Made by a program: the position numbers and the translations under genes. Shown piece after piece: positions 39,340 to 52,330 of a stretch of DNA of 63,765 bases. Location: assembly GCF_001194135.2 (NCBI RefSeq), contig NC_068995.1, forward strand, positions 4,497,339 to 4,561,103, written 5' to 3'. How positions within the stretch are numbered: the first letter of the stretch is position 1; the number at the start of each line of letters is the position of its first letter. This DNA is from Octopus bimaculoides. Taxonomy: Eukaryota. The notes below the pieces were generated by a model that did no database searches, was not told where the DNA came from, and saw only the letters and a program-made list of their open reading frames with translations.

Positions 39340-39790
39340 ATAAAATGTCTTTCCCATGTTGTATTGAAAAAATCGTAACTAAAGAATCCAAAAATTCCAG
39401 TCATTTTTTAATATATCCAAACTCTGCGACTAAAGTACTTGGTCAGGAATATTTCATCTTGTATGGATAGTTTTTTACAGATAAACCATCAACATATATA
39501 CGATTCATAACCGGTATTCGCAGAAGTGTTTTCTTAGGACACAGATCGGATTTTAATCCCTTTTTATATAATGTATTGACATAAAATTACCATATTATAC
39601 ATCATACCACACTAATAATGAACATAACAATGGAACAAAACTGGCCGTCTCTTGTAGACAGACTGGAATTGTTGCTGTTGCTTTTTAAATCAAATTCCAA
39701 GTGACGTAATAGATCATGTGAAATATCACCCCAACATTTGCTGTTTCCTTAATTTCAATAAAAGTTCACTGAAGATCATCGCATCCATAT
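39340..39790 (-). mobile_element. Possible highly decayed Penelope-like RT fragment
   Basis: One minus-strand frame has RIYVDGL followed ~30 codons later by LEFLDSLVT, resembling RYVDD...LPFLDVLV; stops are present. Weak. Confidence 0.3.
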
Positions 39791-39820
39791 TGCTTGAGCA
39801 CTAAATATATCTACATATAC

Positions 39821-39893
39821 GCGGGATTTGAACAGACAAATGCCGCTAAGCATTTTGCCCGGCGTGCTAATTATTCTGCCTGCTCACCGCCTT
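39821..39893 (-). mobile_element. SINE family A head, internally deleted
   Basis: gggatttgaac|agacaaatgccgctaagcattttgcccggcgtgctaattattctgcctgctcaccgcct. Confidence 0.85.
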
Positions 39894-40778
39894 ACTAGTA
39901 TAATTATGAAAAAACAACCGGTCACCTCATGATTATTTTTTATTAACCTTTTCAAGCTCACAATATTACATATTGTATCACTGACTTGGCTATTGTTTTT
40001 TATGTGAATGGCGGCCCTGAGTAATATTATCACGGTAATTTATACTGACAATATAATTGGAAATGGAATGAATTTTTTTTTTTTTTTGGCTGATGAAGAA
40101 ATTTGCGTTTGCCACCATAATGACTTGTTTTCAGTTTTCCTAATCTCTCATTTCTCTGAATTTCTTTGCCTATATTCTCTTCATCACTCATTCTGAACTA
40201 GACAAATATAGTTTATCATCAATCTTAGCGTAATCATTAGTTAATCAATTCATTTAATTTCATTCAATTTAATTCCATTCAATCTAAATCAATGTAAAAA
40301 CACTGAGAAGACAACAAAGAAAAGCAAAACAAAATGTCGTCAATTGAAACACAACAACATTCTGTTTTTACTTCCGGTCAATTTAAAAAGCTAATAGAGC
40401 GACGAACGATTTGTGGATTTTTCACTTTTCTGATCAACTTAGCACGAAAGACAAAGAATAAGAATAGCATCCGTGAAGAATGGCGAACGGAAAGATTGCT
40501 TTAAGAAGTGACAAGAACAAATTGAAATTTTCTAGGGGTTCATTTGTATCAGAAAAGTACACCCCAGAGATATCTTTCGTGAAATGGAAACAAATTTATT
40601 TTGATTTCTTTCGAGCCAATCGGATTTTCATCTCGTTTTTTCTTTTTCTACAAACGTTGAAAACACGAAAACACATGCTTCAGTCATATGATTAGAATTG
40701 TATGTGAGTTTATAAACAACATCTGCAAACACGCATACACACATATACGTATATACGTATCTATGTATGTATATAAGA

Positions 40779-40813
<35 letters not shown>

Positions 40814-40816
<3 letters not shown>

Positions 40817-40990
40817 TGAAATTTACAGAAAAATAAAAGACGAAGACAGGCGTATTAACAACAAGCAGGTGTAATAGTTTGACGCTCGGGAAAGTGAGAA
40901 AGTCTTTTACGTTTCGAGCCTACCGTCTTCAATAGAAAGGAACACAGGGAAATAAACAGAGAATAATAAAAACTTGTAGATTTAGCGGTC
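40814..40990 (-). mobile_element. PLE-type short repeat carrying a degenerate hammerhead motif, embedded in (TA)n
   Basis: 40904-40939 minus reads cuuu-CUAUUGA-a-gacg-guag-gcuc-GAAAC-GUA-aaag. Stem I cuuu/aaag is intact; core and stem II are mutated. (TA)n on both sides. Confidence 0.6.
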
Positions 40991-41142
40991 TATATATATA
41001 TAAGGAGTATAGATATTATCATTGTTATTATTATTTGCGGTAAAAATAAATAATTGATAATAACAACAATACTATAGGTGGTTGCAAGCCTTAAATAGTA
41101 TTAGATAGCTATAGAATTAAAATATAAAATTTATATTTATCA

Positions 41143-41203
41143 TAAGGCGACACAAGGCGCCTGCCTGCTAGAAAGAGGACGTAAAACACTCAGATAAACC
41201 ACC
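41143..41203 (+). repeat. Dispersed repeat family E fragment
   Basis: gcgacacaaggcgcctgcctgctagaaa; homologous to 50483-50555 and 60278-60335. Confidence 0.6.
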
Positions 41204-41352
41204 AATAATACTGAAAATTTCAACAAAAAAATGACGGTAAGCGGGCGAACGGGTCAAATAATTTTAACATACTAAATTACAGCTCAATGGTAAATATTTT
41301 GGCATCTGAATACCCTTGGATCATGATTTTAAATTCTAATTATATATGTATG

Positions 41353-41394
<42 letters not shown>

Positions 41395-41723
41395 CAGAAT
41401 GAGATAAAAATCCAAGGCTGCGAGAGAATTCAGAACATTTATAAAGAGAAGGTCTCACAGCTATTTCCGGGATATTTTATATATGCTTTCATCGGAGACG
41501 GTGCAAGAAAATGATTAAGCAATAGTTATTCTAGAGAAGATATGAATAGAGAGTAAAGTGGAGGAATGAAAACAAACGTGAGTTATGCAGGGATACTATT
41601 TAAGCAGAATGGTATACAGATAACTCCTCATTCGCATAATCAACGAACCTGGAGGTTAACTATGGTCTGTCCATAGCACTTACTCAGCATTACCTAACAC
41701 CATTACCTCTCATAACCTATGTG

Positions 41724-41772
<49 letters not shown>

Positions 41773-42066
41773 ATTGAAGACAATGACTTCAATACCTTCG
41801 CTTATTGAGTTCCACGCCCTCATTTCCTGACTTCAAATTTCCAAAAACTTCGATTCATATTTCATCCTAGAAACGCTGTAATTTGTCCACGTCAAAATGC
41901 ATGTGATTTTAATGCAAATGGGGAAAAGGTCAGCTCATATAATTTTCAAGCTTATCTCAAGGCGGGAAATAAGAAAAAAATGTTCAATAGAAACTGTAAA
42001 TATTTAAAACAAATACATTGCGGAAAACACATATTTGTCATTCAAACACGCACGCACACGCACACG

Positions 42067-42120
<54 letters not shown>

Positions 42121-42459
42121 GACTGTTCACTTCTCTTAAACATTTAAATTTTGATTCAGTGAGAATTTTGACACCAAATAAATGTTTAAGTGAAGTGAAC
42201 AATCTTGATGAGTTTTTATTTATTTATTTTTGAATAGCTAATACGTGTGTTCCATGCTGTAATTAATTTAGTTTCAAAACACGGCCTCAGATCAAACCGT
42301 TTGCCAGACAAGTATATCTCCGAAAATATATAATTTAAATTCTTATAATATCTGTTGTTTCGTGATTCATTTAATCCGAGCTAACAGTTCAACGTCCTCA
42401 TTTGACCCTTGAATGCATCGAGGGGGGCCCATTCTATTTCAAACTTTGGCACAAACGTC

Positions 42460-42687
42460 TAGCCCCTTGTGGGCAATAAAGAAATAAGAAACGTTAGCAT
42501 GCCGGGCGAAATGCTTTGCGGTATTTCGTCAGTCTTTACGTTCTGAGTTCAAATTCTGCCGAGGTCGACTTTGCCTTTCATCCTTTCGGGGCCGATAAAT
42601 TAAGTACCAGTTGCGTACTGGGGTCGATCTCATCGACTGACCCCTCCCGAAGAGTTTAGGGCCTTGTGCCTAGATTAGAAAAGAATT
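42460..42687 (+). mobile_element. SINE family A joined directly to the 3' end of another copy
   Basis: tagccccttgtgggcaataaagaaataagaa|acgttagcatgccgggcgaaatgc...gtcgactttgcctttcatcctttcgggg...gccttgtgcctagattagaaaagaatta; low divergence from the family pattern. Confidence 0.93.
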
Positions 42688-43100
42688 ACAGATATCTCTG
42701 GAAATACAATAATTGAACCTAAAATCATAAAATTACAGCACGAAGTGTATTTTGCTGGGTTCTTTTTTTCTCCCAAAAAGACGACGCAAAATAGAATCNN
42801 NNNNNNNNNNNNNNNNNNNNNNNNNNNNNNNNNNNNNNNNNNNNNNNNNNNNNNNNNNNNNNNNNNNNNNNNNNNNNNNNNNNNNNNNNNNNNNNNNNNN
42901 NNNNNNNNNNNNNNNNNNNNNNNNNNNNNNNNNNNNNNNNNNNNNNNNNNNNNNNNNNNNNNNNNNNNNNNNNNNNNNNNNNNNNNNNNNNNNNNNNNNN
43001 NNNNNNNNNNNNNNNNNNNNNNNNNNNNNNNNNNNNNNNNNNNNNNNNNNNNNNNNNNNNNNNNNNNNNNNNNNNNNNNNNNNNNNNNNNNNNNNNNNNN

Positions 43101-43135
<35 letters not shown>

Positions 43136-43628
43136 ATATTTCACAACATAGCTTTTCCTTTGAAGTATATATATATATATATATATATATACTTCAAATA
43201 AAGGGAAAAAACTATGTTGTGACGTTTTTATAATATGATAGAAACAGAAAGCCTTAAATAAAATAATAATTAATCTTAATACAATATAGATATTAAATAG
43301 AATATAAATATCAAGCTAATATAAAGGACCTTTCCTTTTGGAATCAAAGCATTGCATTTCTACAAAAAGAAACTGTCTTGGTAAATGTGAAAATGATTAG
43401 TATGGTTTCTTATAGTATTTTCAATGTTGGATTTTTTCTACTCGTTTCTTTTATTTGTAGTATTGTGTGGTAGCGGTGATGGTGCGGGGATTGTTACATG
43501 TGTTTATCGGTGATTTCCATCAGCGTTGTTTCATCAGGTTTTTTTGTTTTTCCTTCTTAAATTTCTCTTACAATTCGTGGGTAATGAGAATCCTTGTGGG
43601 ATTTCCGTTATTTACATGATCCGTTTTC

Positions 43629-43678
<50 letters not shown>

Positions 43679-44100
43679 CACATACATTCACACTCACACA
43701 CACACGTACATACATGCAGACACACGTATATACATACATATATATACATATATGTATATATGTATATGCATACATATATATACATATATGTATATATGCA
43801 TGTATATATATATATATATGTGTGCGTGTGCATATATATATACACACACACAGATGTATGGATATATTCAAACGCACAAATACATAAATATGCGTGTTGT
43901 GTGTAAATTTATAGATAAATAAATACGTATTTTTATCAATTAAACTAAATGTGTATATACTAATATATTAGTATTCATATATATGTGCGTGTGTGTGTGT
44001 GCGTGCATGTGTGTATGTTTGTGTGCATGTGTGTATGTTTGTGTGTGCGTGTGTGTGCGTGCATGTGTGTGCGTGCATATGTGTGTGTGTTTACACGCAC

Positions 44101-44139
<39 letters not shown>

Positions 44140-45057
44140 NNNNNNNNNNNNNNNNNNNNNNNNNNNNNNNNNNNNNNNNNNNNNNNNNNNNNNNNNNNNN
44201 NNNNNNNNNNNNNNNNNNNNNNNNNNNNNNNNNNNNNNNNNNNNNNNNNNNNNNNNNNNNNNNNNNNNNNNNNNNNNNNNNNNNNNNNNNNNNNNNNNNN
44301 NNNNNNNNNNNNNNNNNNNNNNNNNNNNNNNNNNNNNNNNNNNNNNNNNNNNNNNNNNNNNNNNNNNNNNNNNNNNNNNNNNNNNNNNNNNNNNNNNNNN
44401 NNNNNNNNNNNNNNNNNNNNNNNNNNNNNNNNNNNNNNNNNNNNNNNNNNNNNNNNNNNNNNNNNNNNNNNNNNNNNNNNNNNNNNNNNNNNNNNNNNNN
44501 NNNNNNNNNNNNNNNNNNNNNNNNNNNNNNNNNNNNNNNNNNNNNNNNNNNNNNNNNNNNNNNNNNNNNNNNNNNNNNNNNNNNNNNNNNNNNNNNNNNN
44601 NNNNNNNNNNNNNNNNNNNNNNNNNNNNNNNNNNNNNNNNNNNNNNNNNNNNNNNNNNNNNNNNNNNNNNNNNNNNNNNNNNNNNNNNNNNNNNNNNNNN
44701 NNNNNNNNNNNNNNNNNNNNNNNNNNNNNNNNNNNNNNNNNNNNNNNNNNNNNNNNNNNNNNNNNNNNNNNNNNNNNNNNNNNNNNNNNNNNNNNNNNNN
44801 NNNNNNNNNNNNNNNNNNNNNNNNNNNNNNNNNNNNNNNNNNNNNNNNNNNNNNNNNNNNNNNNNNNNNNNNNNNNNNNNNNNNNNNNNNNNNNNNNNNN
44901 NNNNNNNNNNNNNNNNNNNNNNNNNNNNNNNNNNNNNNNNNNNNNNNNNNNNNNNNNNNNNNNNNNNNNNNNNNNNNNNNNNNNNNNNNNNNNNNNNNNN
45001 NNATATATATATATATGTATATATATATGTGTATGTATATATATATATATATGTGTG

Positions 45058-45104
<47 letters not shown>

Positions 45105-45343
45105 ATATATATATATATGTATATATATACCTTTGAACTTGAATATGGAAAGGTAAAATGATACGCAAAAAATATGTGAAATTCTCATATATTTTGTCCT
45201 TTTAGTCATTTATAAAGATATACGTATGTATATATATGTATATATACGCATGTGTGTGCGCATGTGTATAGATGTATGCATAGAAAATAGTATGCATATA
45301 TGCTCTCTCATACTACACATAAATATTTATACATATTTGTATG

Positions 45344-45374
<31 letters not shown>

Positions 45375-45838
45375 CTTATTTTCTTCTGGAAGTGATAGCA
45401 AAAACGGTAAGTTTGGAATTGTTTAAATTCCTTGATGTATTCTACAAAGTGATTCATTGCTGAGTAAATTGTAAAGACAAGTATTTTTGCTGTGAAAGAA
45501 GAAACTATATACAACACAAACATTCTCAACTGTCTCTTGATTCTTTGTTCTATGCTTGGTTTTCGTGTTTTGTTTCGTTTTGGTTTTGGTTTTTTAAGAA
45601 GTTTTTGTCGAAGTTTTTTGTAGTTTTCCTATTTTCAATTTTATGTCGTTCTAACTAGATAAAAATATCATTCTGGAAGCAAGGGATTTGAAGATCTCCA
45701 TCTTGAAAAATTAGTCCGCCTAAATAAATTACTGTAACAGATTTATATGTGTGTATGTGTAGGTGTATAGTATCACCACTGCACACACTTATGCATGTGC
45801 ATACAGGTACACGAATACAAATACAGATATATGTATAT

Positions 45839-45902
<64 letters not shown>

Positions 45903-46904
45903 AATATATATATATTGTGTGTGAGTGTATGTATATAACTAAACATATATATATGTATGTGTATTATATGAGTTTGCATATGTGTGTGTAAGTATGTATA
46001 TATTACTTTTGTCTGTTACTTTGTATCAATTTACACATGTCCACACCGACTGAAATTACACATACATCACGTCCAATAGTGGTTTATGTTTTATGTACAC
46101 AGAAGTATACATACATACATACATACATACACATTTATATGTAAGTATATATATATATATGTGTGTGTATATATATACATAAAATATGTATATATATATA
46201 TATATATATAATATAAACACACGTGTATGTATTTATGTATATATCTATTTATAAATATATATACCCACACATGTATATACATTATATATACATACATACG
46301 TACATAAATACATATATACTTACTTACATGTACAGTAGTATCTCAGAAACATATTGTACCGAGTCGAAAAAGTTTCATTAACTGGGAATAAGCTTTCAAT
46401 TAGATGAAAAAGCTCCCTCTAGAGGCCTTTAAAATCTAAAAACTGTAAACAAGCGACCTAACTCTAACAAGTGTGGCTAATTTTTTGAGCAATAAAATTA
46501 ATTCAGTAGAGGGAATATCATAACCTGTAAAGACAAAAGGTGAAAGGAACAGAGCTGTTTCCGACTTGTTATGTCTTATCAGTATATATCCTTCAGTTTG
46601 CAACAACGTTGAAGTGATAAAGAGAAGCATATCAAACATCGAATAATTACAGTGGAGATGTAGATAAATACATCTGGAGTGTCCTTCATATACTGTGTGC
46701 ATATGTGCGTATTCGTGTGTGTGTATACACGCTCATTTCCGGGTGTCTGTAAGCTCAATACACATCTCTGTTTAACACTACCTAAAGATTCAAGATTGCC
46801 TAAATCGGAGTTCATTCCGCTGCAACGATCCAGACCATAATTCAAATAAGAGGTTCCCAACACCTGTCTTCTGACCGTCACCCGTTTATCTTTTGTTTGT
46901 TTTA

Positions 46905-46975
46905 TTCGTTGCATTCAGGCCATGCTGGAGCACCGCCTTCAAGTGTTTAGTCGAGCATCTCGATCTCAGTATTCA
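46905..46975 (-). mobile_element. SINE family C 3' fragment
   Basis: ggccatgctggagcaccgccttcaagtgtttagtcgagca. Confidence 0.75.
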
Positions 46976-47008
46976 TTCCTTTATGCTTAGTGTTTGTTAT
47001 TCGTATGT

Positions 47009-47067
<59 letters not shown>

Positions 47068-47331
47068 NNNNNNNNNNNNNNNNNNNNNNNNNNNNNNNNN
47101 NNNNNNNNNNNNNNNNNNNNNNNNNNNNNNNNNNNNNNNNNNNNNNNNNNNNNNNNNNNNNNNNNNNNNNNNNNNNNNNNNNNNNNNNNNNNNNNNNNNN
47201 NNNNNNNNNNNNNNNNNNNNNNNNNNNNNNNNNNNNNNNNNNNNNNNNNNNNNNNNNNNNNNNNNNNNNNNNNNNNNNNNNNNNNNNNNNNNNNNNNNNN
47301 NNNNNNNNNNNNNNNNNNNNNNNNNNNNNNN

Positions 47332-47437
47332 AAGAAGAAGAAGAAGAAGAAGAAGAAGAAGAAGAAGAAGAAGAAGAAGAAGAAGAAGAAGAAGAAGAAG
47401 AAGAAGAAGAAGAAGAAGAAGAAGAAGAAGAAGAAGA
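47332..47437. repeat. (AAG)n microsatellite at a gap edge
   Basis: Read directly. Confidence 0.98.
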
Positions 47438-48794
47438 GTACTCTTTCAGTTTTTGTCTTCCCTATTCTTTAAATGACATCAGAGATATTTCAATCTGTGC
47501 TAGGTTACGAAAAGATTTCTTCAAACCACAAAAAGTGACAAAAGCGAATTTGAAGCGAATTTAGAAAAAAGGAAAAACTAAAAGCGAAATGACAACGTAA
47601 CAGTGGGGATTAGGGTCTGTTGTTAGGGGAGATTAGGGGTTGCATTATATAAGATTATAAGTGATTGAAATAAAATACCAGAGTGATTAAATTTTGAAAT
47701 AAACAACAACGAAATTTACATCTTTAGTAAATCTTCAAGAATTAGAAATAAAATCTTGGCCTTTGACAGTAGAATTAAAATAGTAGCGGCCAAAATTTGG
47801 CAAACATTTACTCGAGTTGTTGGTATCGACTTCACGAAGAATAATATAACTGCTGCTTTTATTTTGTTTTATTTTGTTTATTAATTTATTTTGTAATTTA
47901 AATGAATGATAGGAATTATATGAAAATGTCTTGGGTTTTCTGTCGACGAATAAATAATAAGATTAATACCGAAGCTATGCTTTTAAGGATCATTTCTTGA
48001 GTATTTTGTCGCAACGGCATTCGAATTCATTTGATTGCTCTAACAAGATTAATATGAATGAATGGGTAGGTTTGTGTTATTGGTGAAGGACAGTAAGAAC
48101 CAGGATGGAGTAATGACATGAAGGATATTTAAAAGGTGCGAGAGGGAGGAGAGAGAGGTCGCATTTATTGGGAGAGGGAGGGCGGTAATAACATGGAAAA
48201 TAACAAGATTAATAAGGTGAATGATAGCAAAACTGGTAGCGCTTTCTTTATTCGCCACAGGGGCTACCGATCAGAAGGACACTACAAGGAGAAACGTTAA
48301 AACCGATGAGCGTTTATGTGGAATGGTGTATGAGAAAACATGGAAAACAGCAGAATGAAAGAAAATGTAATTTTCCAGCGGGAGGCAGCCAACTTGTGTC
48401 AATGATAGATCCGCACAGGATACACCATGAAATTTATTTCGCAATAGCGAACAGAGAATGGTTAATAGACCAAACGAAGGTCACGTGGCGATCCTGACAG
48501 CTAATGCGTTTAATGGTCAGTTTCTGCACGCGACAAAATCTGTTAGACAAACTCCACAAGTTAGTTATCCTGGGACAGGAAACGAACACAAAACAACTTC
48601 GTCTGGAGTTACTGTTGACGGCACTTCTGTGTCTGTAGATTTGCTCTCGAGCTGGCATCGACCACTCGAAGCAGGGAAATATATATATATTCTGAAGGGG
48701 ACACTGATAATAAACAAAATATTAGATGAAAGATCTGGTCTCCTGAGGATTATGGACAACTTTCAAAAATTCATGGCCCTTAATCATGGCACTG

Positions 48795-48898
48795 GTACTT
48801 AATTTATCGACCTCGAAAAAATGAAAGGCAATGTTACATGGGATTTGAACTCAGAGCATAAAATGTCTGAACAAAAAAATGCAAATCATTTTCTCCAT
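48795..48898 (-). mobile_element. SINE family A fragment
   Basis: actggtacttaatttatcgacctcgaaaaaatgaaaggcaa...gggatttgaactcagagc. Confidence 0.8.
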
Positions 48899-48899
48899 A

Positions 48900-49112
48900 G
48901 TGATGATGACGACGACGATGATGGTGATGTTGGTGATGATGATGAAAATGATAATGACAATGATGATGACGATGAGATGACAACAACGACGCCGACGATG
49001 ACGACGACGATGATGATGACGGTTATGGTGATGATGGCTATGGTGATGATGACGATGGAGATCAGGATGATAATGATAATAATGACGACGACGATGACAG
49101 ACAATTATGATG
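48900..49112. repeat. Degenerate (GAT)/(GAC)n low-complexity tract
   Basis: Read directly. Confidence 0.95.
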
Positions 49113-50270
49113 ATGCCGGCTGGAAATACCAACTTTTCCGAACCAATCCTAAAGAAAGTGCTAAAAATCTTTCGAAGCGGAGCCAGTTTTGTGGAACTAA
49201 TCCAATATGGCTAAATGGAAGGAAAGGAATATTTCTTGGAACAATAAGTAGATCAGTAAAGACCTTAATTCCAACAGGACTGCAGAAATAAACCATAAAA
49301 TTCCCGGATAAAAGCTATTATCGATGAAATCAATATGGTCTCTACTTAAAACTAAAAGCAGTTCTTGCAGGAAACAACGTTGATAGAAAAGCGAAATCCT
49401 GAGTTCCGGGTCGAAATCTCATTGCTATGTCTCTTATATGTGTATGTCGATTATAATTAAATAATTGTATTTGATTTATGAGGAGAGTATTAGACTTCCG
49501 GTCACAGCTTTCCGACCAGTTCAGTCAGAGTTTATTATTTGGTATTCTTTATTACATGTTAATCATGGGACGACGCGCAGATTTCGTGACGCTTTAGTGT
49601 TTCGAAGGCTAGTGGGAGAAAAAGAAGAAGACTTACATAGGTATAAGATCCCTGTCTGAATGCTTACGACAGAGTTGACTCGGCTTAAAGCACGGAGAGG
49701 CGCGATGACGGCTGTGTTAAGCCGGCTGTTAGATTAGAAATGTCACTTAAGAAAAACAAAGTTCCCTCTGGCGCTGTTCCATACACTTTCTGCCAAGCAA
49801 ATTCTCCTGTAAGACTTTTGTCAACTCGAAGTAAGGCAGAAAATAAGTTATAGTTGCGCAAAGGGATGGATAACTTATCCGCGTGTTTTTAGACGGTCTC
49901 TGGACAAGACATTTGATATTCATTAAGAGAATCGTCTAGAATAAGTATCAGGTCTTCTTGCAGAAAAATCGGTAGAGTGAGTTGATTGATGCTCAATTTT
50001 GGCAGTGAAAGACAAGAATATGAGGTGTATGTATTAAGATATAAAGGTATGATATGATATATATAATGGAGCAGAAATGCAATAGAGGACAATAAAACAT
50101 CTAGAGAGATCGACGATATAAAAGGCGGACAGGAAAAACAACAGAGGGACAGGTGAAAAAAGGACGGGTCATTCGTGGCCTTATTTCATCAGTCAAGTTT
50201 CCAGATCGTCCTTACAGTTCAGGGCAGTTACACTTGAGACTGTTCAAATCTGATTTCCTCCAAAAAGTCT

Positions 50271-50377
50271 TAATTTATCGACCCCCGAAAGGAATTTGAA
50301 CTCAGAACGTAAAGGCTGACGAAATACCGCTAAGCATTTCGCCAGGCGTGCTAACGTTTCTGCCAGCTCACCGCCTT
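50271..50377 (-). mobile_element. SINE family A 5' part with internal deletion
   Basis: taatttatcgacccccgaaagga|atttgaactcagaacg...ctgccagctcaccgcct. Confidence 0.9.
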
Positions 50378-50482
50378 GTAGCAATAATTAATAATAACAA
50401 TAACAACATCAGTGACCAGCAAGCAACAGTGCCCTTAAATAGCTAAAAAATAAAATTCTATCATTAATTTGTAATTATAATA

Positions 50483-50555
50483 GAAGTGACACAAAGTGCC
50501 AGCTTGCTAGAAATAGGAGTTAAAATCCTCAAATAAGCCACTGTCTCACTGAAAA
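50483..50555 (+). repeat. Dispersed repeat family E fragment
   Basis: gtgacacaaagtgccagcttgctagaaataggagttaaaatcctcaaat. Confidence 0.6.
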
Positions 50556-51418
50556 GCATAACAGACCAACAGAGATCGGGCAAACGAGCAAAGAAATTTA
50601 ATATACCACCTCAGCTGAAACTTGTAGAATGAGGTAATAGATATACCTGTATCATGATTACGAATTTTGTGTTATTCCTTAACTCTCTTCGGCAGCCCAT
50701 ACTAAATACCTAGTGTTAAAAATCCTACTCGCCTCGTTGTGTCTGTAAAGTATATATATAAAGTGGGGTATATGTTAAGATAAGATACGTATTAAGTAAT
50801 GTTATATAATGTATCTCATTATACGTATGTATACGTATATTAAGATGTGCTATGTATTGGATATAGTATACATTCAGTGTTTATGTGTGTGTGCGTGTGC
50901 GCGTGTGTGTGTGTGCGTGTTAATTTATGGTGTACATTAATACATATAAACGGCGTGGAGTCCACATAATCTGTAGGGTGACAAACAAAACGTATTGTGG
51001 TATTTGATTACGTTCCTTTACAAAATCATCATGACCCCTTCACGTTTCATCTGTCTTCAGAAAGCGATGCCCTTGGAAAAGGATTCCTTTGCAAATAACC
51101 GAATGGAAAATATATCGGACAAACAATTCCACAACGTCTCTCAGTTCGCAACGTGTGTCTGAGCGTCTCTATAGCTATCTTTTCATTATCATTACACCTG
51201 CTCTCACGTCTCATATGTCGCACATTCAGTCATAAACAACGTTTGTCCCTTACCACATTGTAATAGCAATAATTATTTATATAACTTTGAATCTCATTGT
51301 CAGTTTTCGCACGCACACGCTCATATTATATGTCTGGGGAGAGAGAGAGAGAGAAGAGGAAGTACCTGTGTGTGTATGTGCATGTGCGTGTATGTGTGTG
51401 TGTGCGTGTGTGTATTTA

Positions 51419-51454
<36 letters not shown>

Positions 51455-51707
51455 GCAGTGTCGACCAGAAGATCAGCTGCTGTTATACACCGACGCTCAC
51501 AATACGCTTCCAACTCCGTCTTGATTGCGCCAGTCGTTTCCACCATGAGCCGAATTGTGTAACCAAATCGCCTTCCCATCATAGTGGAGCCCTTCCGTTT
51601 TGCGTTCTCTTAGATATCACTCGGAAACTGTACAATTCCACCGGTTGTCTGTGAACCTTGGGACAGCGGAACTTGTGCTTTCGGTACTCTGAGATCACAT
51701 CGTTCAC

Positions 51708-51753
<46 letters not shown>

Positions 51754-52131
51754 NNNNNNNNNNNNNNNNNNNNNNNNNNNNNNNNNNNNNNNNNNNNNNN
51801 NNNNNNNNNNNNNNNNNNNNNNNNNNNNNNNNNNNNNNNNNNNNNNNNNNNNNNNNNNNNNNNNNNNNNNNNNNNNNNNNNNNNNNNNNNNNNNNNNNNN
51901 NNNNNNNNNNNNNNNNNNNNNNNNNNNNNNNNNNNNNNNNNNNNNNNNNNNNNNNNNNNNNNNNNNNNNNNNNNNNNNNNNNNNNNNNNNNNNNNNNNNN
52001 NNNNNNNNNNNNNNNNNNNNNNNNNNNNNNNNNNNNNNNNNNNNNNNNNNNNNNNNNNNNNNNNNNNNNNNNNNNNNNNNNNNNNNNNNNNNNNNNNNNN
52101 NNNNNNNNNNNNNNNNNNNNNNNNNNNNNNN

Positions 52132-52165
<34 letters not shown>

Positions 52166-52330
52166 TAGGGTACTTACATAAGCACCTGCTTCGCTAAAAA
52201 TAGAAGTCAAAATACTTTTAACCCACAGAAGAATCACTCAGCCACAGAATAAAACAGGCACGATGGGGGAAAACTTTGGTGAAAAAGAATAGCATCTTAC
52301 TTCCGCCAAAGTTCTACGAGGAATGCTGCT

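Noticed and set aside
39790-39800. tattgcttgag resembling miR-137; tgaggtag (21720) resembling the let-7 seed
   Set aside because: Partial matches only, with no precursor hairpin.
25378-46836. Shared gttcattccgctgcaa at 25378 and 46820 (11 nt also at 34678)
   Set aside because: Flanks do not align, and one such match is about what chance gives in ~50 kb of sequence.
51036-51064. Hammerhead-like cuuu-CUGAAGA-cagau-GAAAC-GUG (minus strand)
   Set aside because: Stem II is absent and GUG is not a cleavable triplet. At most a deleted relic.
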